From contig NC_047026.1 of the NCBI RefSeq assembly GCF_902652985.1, forward strand, positions 8,184,001 through 8,248,000: 64,000 bases of DNA, given 5' to 3'. Source of the DNA: Pecten maximus (lineage: Eukaryota). The notes under the pieces are model-generated. The model was not told where the DNA came from. It saw only the letters and a list, made by a program, of their open reading frames with translations, and made no database searches. Below are positions 1 to 13,200 of the stretch, piece by piece (the first letter of the stretch is position 1; the number at the start of each line of letters is the position of its first letter). The translations under genes and the position numbers were made by a program.

Positions 1-276
1 AACAACACTCAAAGCTATACATATTTAGCCCTTTCTCGGATAACTAGGATAATTTATCATTTATCCATTCAGTGTTCCATGATTAGTTGTAATACATACT
101 TGGCCGAAACTCCCTGTGATATTTAAATATAATAGCTTTTTATATCTTTCATCTGGGAAGCTCCAGCATGTATTGATGTACAATTTAACTTATCGTCACC
201 CTTCAAACCAAGAATCAGATCGAAGAAAAATTATATAGATTATATCTATCTGCTACAAAGTTCCAATAAAATATAT

Positions 277-489
277 GGGGCCGCGGTGGCCGAGTGGTTA
301 AGGTGTCCCGACACTTTATCACTAGCGCTCCACCTCTGGGTTGCAAGTTCGAAACCTACGTGGGGGCAGTTGCCAGGTACTGACCGTAGGCCGGTGATTT
401 TTCTCCGGGAACTCCGGCTTTCCTTCACCTCCAAACCTGGCAAGTCCTTGAATGACCCTGCCTGTTAATAGGATGTTAAACAAAATAAA
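277..489 (+). mobile_element. tRNA-derived SINE with V-domain-like core
   Basis: GGGGCCGCGG head, A box TGGCCGAGTGG, B box GTTCGAAAC, core TTTTTCTCCGGGAACTCCGGCTTTCCT, A-rich tail. CCAATAAAATAT at 263-274 and 490-501 is a likely target-site duplication. Confidence 0.85.
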
Positions 490-1175
490 CCAATAAAATA
501 TGCTTTTATCTTGTGTCTTTTGAACATCAGCTCTTCTGCTAGTGAATAAAAACCTTAAAATTTCTGTGTCGTTGGTGTCGAGTAATGACCGTTTTATACT
601 CGAGTGTTGGTTGTATTAGGAAGTGCTAAAAAGTCTTTGTAATCAAGGTTTTTGTTACATCTCACTTCTGCCAGTGAAAAATATAAACTTTAAAACAAAA
701 ATGACTCTTTGTTTGTTCTGGAGGAGTGACTGTTTTGTACCACAGCGTTGACAGCGGTTGGGATACACTAAGGCTCTGTAATCAATGGGAACACTGTTAG
801 ATCGATGTGAAACTGTTTTATTATGAAATATACGGAGCCCAGGCCAAAGACGGCTAACCATAGTGTTGGAGAGACACGAGCCGGGCTCGTTTGGCTCTCG
901 TCGGCAGAATTACATCTGTAATCAGACGGACGAATAGATAAGTGATTTACTGCAATATATAGCCACAATTTATTTGTAAATGGAATTCGAAACATGCTTT
1001 CTGATAATGCTGGATCACATGAGGGTTTTCCTCTCGCCGTTACCTAGGCGATCGAACACCAGTACTATTAGTAGTGATTATGTGTTTGAAATCCGTACGT
1101 CTTTCGCCTCCTGTGGAAGTCGGCGGGAAAACTTTAACAGGCTCTGTATTCGCACGAGACAAGCACGAGACAATC

Positions 1176-1252
1176 ATGTCCCACTACGGTAGTACCGCTG
1201 GGGACGAGTTAGATCTTCCACCCGTCATCATAATTACACCTGGGCGCCACAG
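1176..1252 (+). CDS. M13 peptidase putative exon 1 (MSHYGSTAGDELDLPPVIIITPGRH)
   Basis: ATG with A at -3 and a strong donor CAG|GTAAGC at 1253. Phase 2 fits exon 2, which fits exon 3. An upstream in-frame ATG at 1080 is an alternative start. No homology support, since this is a cytoplasmic tail. Confidence 0.6.
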
Positions 1253-4200
1253 GTAAGCTACTTCATTTGTTATACGTGTTGTCAATTGGGCACTTCACTT
1301 TGAAGTTTACTTGCCGGATTTAATACGAAAAACATATTACATAATGCAGATAGCTTTACGATGGTATCGGCGTCGTTGTCCGAGTGCTTATTATAGTATA
1401 GTGTGATGTTTTAAACAATGATTAGTTGTTCAGTGTTTATTGATGTTTAATACTTGTTTCAAAATCAAGTGTTTGCAGTCACATATAACAGGTTTCAGTT
1501 GACATATTTTCAACAGCTTAAGTGATGTCAACATAAGGATGGTCCACTCAAGGACTGGTTTAAGGGATATTTAACTGAAATCTGATACGTTTAACAGACC
1601 TGTATCACATGTCAACAAGCGACATGTTTGTAACAACAGGTTAGGTTTTCCTAGAATCCGCCGGACGTGTCTGTTGTATATGAACACCGGAGGGAGTTCA
1701 AACCGACACAGAAACCTAATGGTGACACGGCTATAAAATACATTGCAGAAATATATTCTTTTTGAAACAGATCCAATGGTAATCTGCTGGGTATCGACTT
1801 GACAGATCCATTGCTTATAGCTATAGAAATTCTATTGAAGTATTTGTCATCCTTTTGTTATCGCCGTGTTGTATATTTGAAGCGTCATTCGACGCCTGCA
1901 GTGTATTTAGCATTACGTAACTATAAACTCGACAGAATCAGCCCCATTAGAATGCCACTTGTGGTACAAATGTAAATATGTGCTGTTGATATGCCGTATA
2001 AATATATATATGTGGAAAGAAAAGCTTATAAGTATTGAGGAGAGCTGCCTGGTATGTTTCGACCGAGATTCTGTGAACCTTCTCTGTTAATTGTGTCTGG
2101 AATGGAAGTATGGGTCTTTACAATCTGAAAACATATCTCCAGACCCTCCCTATCTCTTAATGAAGATGTCAATATAAATAATATGATGTACTAATTTTCA
2201 AAAAGTGTCAGTTTCTTTTTTAAATAACATTTAATCTAAAGCAGTAATTCATCAAGCCGTATTTAAATGTATATTTCGGAAGAAAACATGTCCTCAAAAA
2301 TCTCCCAATCCTAATGCTGTATTTAGATGCCAAGAAATATACACATACTTGTATGATGTATCATGTTCTAATGGTGCATATGATGGGGATTTCTTTTCTT
2401 ATTCTTGAGTAATAACATCTTATATCATGTGCAGTCATCCATTAAGACGTTTATGTAAATTTTTGAATTTGGCATGTTTGTTTACCTTCGTGTGGCTAGT
2501 TATCGGCATGAGTAAGAATACACAAACAAATAAGTTCATGCTCTGTTTTCATGAATATCAATGGTTATCTTAAATTTTAAATTTTGAATTAATGTTTGCG
2601 ATACATCTACATACGATAATGCAAAAGACACACCACAAGTAATATATTTAAATACGAATTAATAATAGATGAGTTACATAATGGGAAAAAAACATCATTA
2701 AGATGTTTCGTCTCTTAGGACTCATCAGCGAGGTGCCAAGGTATGGGACCAAGGGAAGGGAAGATAATGGATGTCACCCCAAATTACGAATTTTTAAATC
2801 TTTATTTGTATCTCTATTTAAAAACGAAGAAAGATGACTAATAGCCTAGACAATTTTCGCTGAATTGATATTAAACATGTTGATTACCCGGGAAGGTGCA
2901 TTGTAAATGTTTCGCTAATAAAACATGATATCCTCCTGAGATGACAGGCTTGTATTCCACCTTTGTGACGCAATCAGACATTTCTTTGTCAAAACAGTTA
3001 TGTGTAAATATATCAGAAATTAGTTTTGTCTATTTATTCCTTTGTTGAGGTAATAAATGTTTGTTCCTCCTACTGGTTTTAACAAACAAGACAGTTTCTT
3101 AAATATAAATATTTGACATTAAAGGGATAGATTGTCAATTTGGAAATAATTACTTTTCAACTTAGTTAAACTCAATTTGACACGACTAGACAGCAAACAT
3201 ATCCGTCATCTGGCGGGGCTGTCATCCTGATGGAACAAGTGGACATTATGCTTTATTTACATATTAAAGAAAGCCTAAGTCAGACAGTAACTGTTGTTAT
3301 ATACATATATATATCAATTAAATATACAAGTGAAAACTATTGTCTAGATAACATTATTTGATGTCAAGTCTAACACAAAGTACAAACAATGTATCTTTTG
3401 TTCTCCAAGATATTTATATGAAACGTTTGTTTTTTAATAACATTACATGTTCTCTATGAACTTGTGTTAATTCTTAACTAGGTCCGAAATATTTAAGTTA
3501 ACCTTTTGCATTATCAATCAATAAGTAAAAAGTGTTTTATTGACGGTGCCAAGTTTCCCTTCTGCTCCAGATGATTTTTATTCGTTTTCCAATAAAGCAC
3601 CTGCTTCAATTTCTCCTTTCGCTTCCTGCTTCAAACATGGCTTTGTAATGTTTGTTTATTGATGCTAATGTTTTACATACCTTATCTGTCGGCGATAGAG
3701 TACCAGATAACGACACCACATTGAAAAGATAAGATGTATGCTTGCTTGAACATCGTTGCATGTCTTTCTGTTCAAATATATTGAACACTACTGTAGAGTT
3801 TGTGATCTGGACTTAAGTGCTATGATATTGATTGTAAATTTGACACGTTAAAATCCGACATTAAATATTGAATACTTTCATATTTTGTGCAGTATGAAAA
3901 TAACAAAAGATAACTAGCATGTAATATGATAACAATGTAACTTAAAACAATGTTGGATGAAACAAATCAATACGTTAATGATTTAAAATGGCTAATCGTA
4001 ATATAAATTCCGTTTGACAAATTAATTAATCAATATCAATTTTCGACAAAATCACAACAACTCAAATGCATTCTGCTAATAATTGGGGAAAATATACAAT
4101 TAATGAGGCAATTGAAATCAAATTTCAACAAAAAGCCAGATGCTCTACTTGATCTTTGTATCATTGTGTTGTTTTTTTCATCGTGTGGTACTAAACCTAA

Positions 4201-7200
4201 GTTTCAGTCCGTTTGACCTTTTAACCTCTCGACTCATTGACTTTTAGACCTTGAAGTATCGTCCTCCAATATATAAGTATTATACATTTATAAAGTCACT
4301 CAGCATAAGTAGTTTGTTCGACAGGTTTGTTGTTTAACTGTATAATATAAACATTACGTAGATTAATTACATACTCTGCCAAGACTGCAATGACACAAAG
4401 GTCACTGATAGTAAAACAGATAATATCCATACCCTGCCAGATAATTCTTTTTAAGAATTAAAATATCTGATATTGTTTTTTACTATTTAAATGAATAATG
4501 ATATTAATCTGCTAAATCTTTAAATGCTGTTGAACCATTCTGAAAACTTTTTGCATGGAGTAAATTTACATATTGATCAATTTACCAACAATCTGTTGAG
4601 TATTTGAAATTTTCACCTCTGATAATCCACACCAAGATATCTATGTATGATGTTTGATATTATATTGATGTTCTGTGATAATCTATATTGATATTTTTTT
4701 CTGTTTTCATAATTTGATTGGTGATATCTTAATTTTTATGCTTATTTGGCTGATCATTTTTTTGTTACCATTTGATTTCATGAATTCTAATATCTTAAGT
4801 TTATATTTTGTGACATTAAATTGTTTTGTATTTTAATTTTATTATCTGATTTTTAAGGTTTTTAAAAAAAAAAGTTTTTTTAATTTAATTTTATTATCTG
4901 ATATAATTTATGTTAATTTGGCTGATTCTTATGTTACTATTTAATTTTAGGAATTCTAATATTTTAAGTTCACATTTTGTGTCATTAAAGGTTTTTTTTT
5001 TTTACTTTATTATCTGATATCAGCATTTTCTGCTATTTTAAATTTGTGTGGTGTGTATGAGCTTGTCCAAACATTTGGTTATCGTTTTCTACTTTTGTGA
5101 TATTTTTTCTACTGTCTTTAAAACAGTTTACTTTAATTTTGTGATATTATCCTCTCTGAAAAAGGAATTGCTTACAACATGCCAAAGCTGTAACATCTCT
5201 TGAACTATTTACTTTTTCTGGTCAATATTTCATTTGAAACAAAATACGGGGCTTTGACGTTTTGACGAAAATAAAAGTTAATTCAAGGATGTTTGGGTTT
5301 TTAGTGATACACAACTTTACGAGAACCTAGAGTTAAGGAATACTTTGAGACACGTATTGGACAGATCATATTCAACGCTTTACGAGTTCTTTGTAATGTT
5401 TTCCTATATGTGGCGGTACACGAATTGGTCCGCGACTTGTGGCCTTATCTTACTCGACTTGTGTCTTCAATTCCCCGACTGCTGAATTTCGTTTTTATGG
5501 AAATTTAAATTGAAATGTCAGTCGCATTATCCCCACAACCCACATAATTCAATTTGTGTGAGGCAAACTAATGAAACAATACAAAAATGACATTTTAATT
5601 TGTGTTTGTAAATTGCTTTTTTTTAATAGTTTTATCTTACTTCTCGTTTCTCGAGAGTTCATACAAAGGGAGCTCATTTGTTGTCAATGTTTGAGTACAT
5701 TTTAAACGAGTACATTTTAACGTGCTAGGAACTACTTGGAAATATTAGAAATATTTCTGTTTTTAATAGAGATCGTTTTCAAATTGATGTGGTAACACTT
5801 CAGGAATATCCATATGTGTTGGTAGCCAGCCTTACATAATCGACCTATATATGGTGTGTTAAATGTCTTTGGGATCCAATAGCTGAATGCTGGTTTCCGT
5901 TTTGTGTTGGTGTCATTTGCAATGATTTGAGTTTATGGTTGAATTACGAAGGTAGACATTATAAGGGATAGACTTGAAGCACAATATAAAGGAGTAAATC
6001 ATAGAAGTAGATGGTATAGGGGATATGCTGTCAGCGCAATAGAGGCAATTATATGTGAGATGTGTGTGAATTATTAATTCATAATTTGAGTTATAGATAT
6101 TGTGAAATAGTGGAAGGTGATAAACATTGCTTCGGGTGTATGGTTTATAGAGAAAATGCTACTTTAGAGAAGTAGCGTTTATCATGTCAGTATAACCCAT
6201 ATACTTCTCTCTTCTCGTACTCTTGTCATAATCTTTTTGTATTAGCATGGAGTTGTCATGATTTTCGATTGGATTTGTAGTTTTTGTTCAATGGTTGGTT
6301 TCTAATAACGTCTCTATTTTCAATCATGGTGATATGGATGTTTACTCGTTTCCTGTTTTCAATCATGGTGATATGGATGTTTACTCGTTTCCTGTTTTCA
6401 TGGTGATATGGATGTTTCCTTGTTTCCTGTTCTCGTGGTGATATGGATGTTTACTCGTTTCCTGTTGTCATGGTGATATGGGTGTTTATTCGTTTCCTGT
6501 TTTCATGGTGATATGGATGTTTATTCGTTTCCTGTTTTCATGGTGATATGGATGCTTATTCGTTTCCTGTTTTCATGGTGATATGGATGTTTACTCGTTT
6601 CCTGTTCTCATGGTGATATGGATGTTTACTCGTTCCCTGTTTTCATGGTGATGTGGCCATGGATGTTTAGTCGTTTCCTGTTTTCATGGTGATGTGGATG
6701 TCTCACGTGAGATGTAATGATAACAAAATAACTTATACAGCCCATATGTTGGGAAATCTGTAAGGTAACTATCCAGAAAGAGCAAATTAAGATTAGGATA
6801 GTTAAAATAATCATTATTTTCAAACAGTTTAGTTGTAAAATCCCCTTTTATTTAGAACGTTAAGAGAAAAGTAAGCTTCAATTATTCTATGAGTGAGGGA
6901 AGTAATTTACTGCATTCTTAACAGGAATGGAGGTCACATGACTTCTATTACGGTGTCGGTATATTTCCAATCAACACATTCCATGGCGCTCAGTACCTAT
7001 ATACAACATCTCATTTCTCTGTCATCACGTGTGAATAGGTTCAGAACATATGTTAGGCGTTAATTGCTTGTTTAACCTGGGGAATTATTTCCCTTAACAC
7101 ACAATTTGTACTCCCTATCATGACGCCGGCTTTGGACCAGCTAATTAGACAATATGCTATCCTAGTTCTCACACTACCTGCGACATGCAGATTTTCGTTT

Positions 7201-10200
7201 CTCGGGAATATTGTCGGTTTTTTTTTTATCTTTGGGTATTTTCTCTCTATGAATTAAAAATGTGATACGATACATAAGAGGGAAACTTGCAACCACATGA
7301 ATTCCCATGAGTACACTTACTACACCGGAGTAGTATTTTTATACAGTATCGGGTATGTTACGGTGATTAAAATTTCATACTAAACATGACATTTCCTGTT
7401 CAATGCTTTACGTAAGAACTAAAATAGATATTTGAAAAGCACAATCGTTATTGCTACCATTATCTTCAAAACATTCAAGTCAACTCGTAAAAGATAGTTC
7501 TTTATTGGAATCTGCGGCTCAGTAAAATAATCAAACCCAGCAATAGTTTCAGTTTACAATTACGCGATCCCCTTGACGGTATATAGAGCGGTAGGGTGAA
7601 CTGCAGGTTATCGTGGTATACTGAACGTAAAATGAAGTGTCTAAAGAGTCTTATTACCTTGTTATTGAGAAGGATGGGACTGTTGTTTATGAGAATAAGA
7701 CGATTGTACATGAGGGATATGACTTGTTTATGCGAATAAGGCTGTTGTACATGAGAGGGATATGACTGTTGTTTATGAGAGGGATATGACTGTTGTTTAG
7801 ATGGGGATAAGACGGTTGTTTGTGAGAGGGATAAGACGGATGTTTATGAGAGGGATAAGACGGATGTTTATGAGTGGGATAAGACGATTGCATATGAGAG
7901 GAATGTGACGGTTGTTTATGAGAGGGATAAGACTGTTGTTTATGAGTGGGATAAGACTGATGTTTATAAGAGGGATAATACGGTTGTTTATGAGAGGGAT
8001 AAGAGGGGTATTTATGAGAGGGATAAGACTGATATATATGAGAGGGGTAAAATTATTGTTGATGAGAGAGACAGGACTGTTGTTTATGAGTGCAAAACGA
8101 GTGATATTCACGAGAGGGATAAGACTGTTGTTTATCAGAAGCATTAGACGGTGTTATATACGTCGTTTTGTGGTACAGCTGTGGAGGTGACCTGGCAGTT
8201 GGTTTTGGTTAAACAAAGCTATGGTGATGTAGACGAAGTTAGTTCCCGATGGGGTTCCCGCGGAGTTTACAGGAGTGGTGTCTTTAGTTTTTGGTTATTT
8301 TCTCCTAAGCTAACACTTTTTACATTTTATCGACATTGGCACGGGATCAGAAGATCGAAGATTACGGTAGGGGTTTCTGACTGTACTTACTTACTCTTCC
8401 TGTGTCCAGACATCAGAATAATGTCCTCTCTCTCAGGCGGGCATGTATAACACTGCTGACCACAGAATAATAGGTCCCTAGATATTGTGTCCTTTGTCAG
8501 ACACTTTACTTGACCACAGTACTATAGAAGAAGTGTCTCGGCCAGGATACTTGTTTTCTGTTGTTTCAGGCACAACACAAATAACTAACGGTCACAACGC
8601 GAATTGCCATGGACCCCAGATATTTGAACTGTGTTCAGATCTAGACATCATTTTTGTCCGTATATGCCTTGATTTCGAGTAGGAACTATGATTTCGTTTA
8701 AAAGTGGTTACTTAATTTTACAGCTGTATCTGACCACGTCACAGTAGTAGGAAACGTTTCTCGGACCAATACATTGATTTTCTGTTCCCTCGCAGTCTCG
8801 ACGCTAAGATTATGCTATAGACCCAAGCTATTTGAATTGTGTCCCTTACCAAGACACAGTACTTATAATTTTTGAACACGGTGCAGTGAAAGGAATTTGA
8901 TATACCAAGACTTTGGTTTTTTACTCAATACGAGCAAGATAGCTACTGACCACAGTACAGAAGAACTCGTGTCAGGTGGAGGCTCTACCGAATTACTTAT
9001 ATCTACTTACCTTGGTAGAATAGAGGGAATCCCATGATAACCACACATTCGTTATTTGGTTTCTATCAGCAATAAATGTAACTGTTGACCAAACTCATCT
9101 TAGAGTGTCTTGCACCCAGAGATTTGGATGGTGTTCTTTCTCAGACCATAGGCGTGCAAAGTGCCATCACGCTTAAGTACAGAATAAAAATCGTTTACCT
9201 TAGCACCTCTCGCGAGAACTTGCGAGATTACAACAAGCCATTTGAAGACAATGCCATACAAACATCGCCGACCGAATCTATGGGCAAAGTAATTGTCTCT
9301 TTAAAAAGTCATTTACGGTATTGTTGATTTCAGTTCTTTGATTAACACACCGAACTTTTGTCTGCTAGCGATCCTCGGGCTGCTCTCATTAAATATATTT
9401 TACAGTCTCCATATATTACGATATATGTTTCCTGTCTGTTGTCTGAATTAGCACCAGGGGCTTCGGTCAGAGATACACTTGTACTTTAATTATTGTTTCG
9501 CGGCCCATTTGGCTGTTCACTCTGAATTTTCTACTTCCTGTTCGATTGAAGTCTGGGTGTGTTCGGTTTTCATTAATTTTGCATTGTACATCATAAATCA
9601 AGTTTTCGTTTTGAGAAAATGACCTGTTCAGGATTTAATCTTTATAGATATGGTAGATGTATCTTCCGGAACGCGTGGTCCTACTTAAATTGTACTTAGT
9701 TTGATATATTGTTTTCATACTTTGCTCTCATTTTATCTATTAAAGAAATAATAACCAAAAATACCGACATAATAACAGGACCATCGTATCAACAGAAGAA
9801 TAGATTTGCGTGGAAACGGTTGAAAAGCACAAACATGAATGAGACTAGGCGTTCCGGAAGGGTCGGCGTCTTCATCTACGTAACTCGCCATAAAGAACGG
9901 AAAGAGTCACATTCTCAAATGAGAACTAGAGAACTCATTGAAATTACAGTTTGCTTCACATATTCGTTTTCCCGGAGTGTCATTTTAGTTAAGAGTTTGT
10001 TTTATTCCTGGACGTACTATCATAATATTTTTTCTGAAAACTGTCTTTCTCTTACTTCCCACTAACCCTCTCTAAAATTTAGTGTTTCTACATTGAAGAT
10101 ACATACACTAAACACGTGCTCTATTTCAGAACGATTGACGCACAGCTAGAAAAATACATTTGAAAAGTAATCATTTTAAAATTATTGCAATTTTATATTC

Positions 10201-13200
10201 CTACGGAAGTACAGTCTTGGGACCTGAATGTATTGTGTACCGGGGTTGAACATGTCGATAGCAGGATAACATAAGGTTTAATATGATAACAACATATGGA
10301 GTACAGAGAATGTTTTGTCTGAAATATCATCAAACATTTGATTTCCGAGAATATCTACAGATTCTAATATTGATCGAGAACATTATGTGCGCTGTGTTTT
10401 CAGTTTTTGAATTCGAGATCCTGATGTTATGAAACGAACTTCGCTTCATCTACCGGCTTTTGCAATCCACATCACACGATTGTCGTGATTTTAGTTTTAA
10501 TAGTTGGTTCGTTCCGCACGGTTTCCGTTCCCATTTGAAATATCAACCTGAAAACTTCCACGATATTCCCAGGCTAACATATTGTAACGACAAACGACAT
10601 TCACACACATCCATCAGCACACTTGCTTGTGTTTCGGTTTTCGAGAAGAGGGCGGAGTTGGTGCCTTTGTGGCGTGCTTTCCATTAGGATATAATGTCTG
10701 TTTTGATTTCTTAGATTTTGTGTATTGACTCTGTGATATTCGTCCTCCTTGTCTATAGATGTTGTATCCTTTAGTGTATTTAGACAGCTTGTTGATCTCT
10801 GTGGTATTCGTCCTCCTTGTCTATAGATGTTGTATCCTTTAGTGTATTTAGACAGCTTGTTGATCTCTGTGGTATTCGTCCTCCTTGTCTATAGATGTTG
10901 TATCCTTTAGTGTATTTAGACAGCTTGTTGATCTCTGTGGTATTCGTCCTCCTTGTCTATAGATGTTGTATCCTTTAGTGTATTTAGACAGCTTGTTGAT
11001 CTCTGTGGTATTCGTCCTCCTTGTCTATAGATGTTGTATCCTTTAGTGTATTTAGACAGCTTGTTGATCTCTGTGGTATTCGTCCTCCTTGTCTATAGAT
11101 GTTTTATCCTTTAGTGTATTTAGACAGCTTGTTGACCTCTGTGATATTCGTCCTCCTTGTCTATAGATGTTGTATCCTTTAGTGTATTTAGACAGCTTGT
11201 TGATCTCTGTGGTATTCGTCCTCCTTGTCTATAGATGTTGTAGTATACTTTAGTGTATTTAGACACTACAGCTCGTTGGTATATGTACATTATCTGGTAT
11301 GCTCAGTGATTTTGGTACTCAGATATATAATTCCTGGATCATATTTTTTCTTGTGTGAGTACTCAAATTTTGGGTACTCACTTCATCTCTTAGAACTGGG
11401 ACTAGTCTTTTTTTAATCCCCCCAAAAGGCTTTATACTTTATTATTGTAAGCTAACACTTAACATCGTTTTGTTTTATCAAACTTCTAACTGCATGCGAA
11501 TAAACCAATTAAACCGAGATCGGGTAGCTTCTAAATACGAATAAACCAATTAAACCGAGATCGGGTAGCTTCTAAATACGAACAAACCATTTAAACCGAG
11601 ATCGGGTAGCTTCTAATGACGAACAAACCATTTAAACCGAGATCGGGTAGCTTCTAATGACGAATAAACCAATTAAACCGAGATCGGGTAGCTTCTAAAT
11701 ACGAACAAACGAATTAAACCGAGATCGGGTAGCTTCTAATGACGAACAAACGAATTAAACCGAGATCGGGTAGCTTCTAATGACGAATAAACCAATTAAA
11801 CCGAGATCGTGGTAGCTTCTAATGACGAACAAACGAATTAAACCGAGATCGGGTAGCTTCTAGTGACGAATAAACCAATTAAACCGAGATCGGGTAGCTT
11901 CTAAATACGAACAAACGAATTAAACCGAGATCGGGTAGCTTCTAATGACGAACAAACGAATTAAACCGAGATCGGGTAGCTTCTAAAGACAACAAACGAA
12001 TTAAACCGAGATCGTGGTAGCTTCTAATGACGAATAAACCAATTAAACCGAGATCGGGTAGCTTCTAAATACGAACAAACGAATTAAACCGAGATCGTGG
12101 TAGCTTCTAAATACGAACAAACGAATTAAACCGAGATCGTGGTAGCTTCTAATGACGAATAAACCAATTAAACCGAGATCGGGTAGCTTCTAAATACGAA
12201 CAAACGAATTAAACCGAGATCGTGGTAGCTTCTAATGACGAACAAACGAATTAAACCGAGATCGCTGAAACTTATAACAGAGAATAATCCTTTTACCAAG
12301 ATCGTTGTAACGTCTTACAGAGAGCAAGCTCTTTACCGATATCGTTGTAGCTGCTAAAAGAGAACAAGCTCTTTACCGAGATGACTTCAAGCTCTAACAG
12401 AGAACAGGCCTTATACCGAAATCGTCACTGCTACAGGATTAAGTAAATCAGATCACTCATGCGATGACGTCACAGCAACAGTAGTTTCTCAGCCATAATA
12501 GAAATACACACAGGATCGTGACGTATCGATTTTCCGAGTACCATTGCTTCATTTTCAACAAATTCACTGAAAAGGTGTGATTTAGAACTATAAAACATGG
12601 AGCGAAATCCAATTTTTACATCATTTAATCTCTTTATTTCTAACTGGTTTGAGTTTCGGTCTTGGCTGCTGATAGTAAATCAACGCTACAGATTTAAGAT
12701 GGTAGTGCTGGTATTCGGAATGTGTTTCTGATACCTGCTGGTTACAATGTAAATACAACCGATCGCTCTTTCCGGTAGGAGGTTTCTGCTACATTCCGCT
12801 CAAAGCATTAAAGTACTGTAACATTATTTTAACATTAATCTATATCTAAGGAAATACATCAATTTTACTTTGTCATTTAAATGTGTGAAGTGGGTTTTAT
12901 ATCTTATATTTAAATAATCAGTTTGAATAACATTAACAAAAGCTTTCCCTCCGAGAAGGTTAAAATCGTTTGTTAGAGTAACCAGAATTCACCAAATTTT
13001 CAGTTAAGGCTCACGAAAAGGACATTTGATTTCAAAAGTAAAAAACTGTTACTGTATTTCACCGGAAACAACAGCGATGACAAGGGGTAAATGGACTAAG
13101 GGACATTTTTACCATTAAAAAAATCCGTTTTAATAGCTTTATGGGAAAACTTATATCTCAACTGAAGGCAAGAAGGGATTACATGCATCAACTGATGAGG

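Noticed and set aside
277-365. tRNA gene
   Set aside because: A and B boxes are present but there is no convincing cloverleaf. It continues into a SINE body and tail with a flanking duplication.
7687-8190. Overlapping periodic ORFs on both strands
   Set aside because: Derived from the 24-bp minisatellite.
11497-12264. CRISPR-like appearance of constant blocks with variable parts
   Set aside because: Variable parts are two-state variants of one sequence, not unique spacers. The context is eukaryotic and there are no cas genes.
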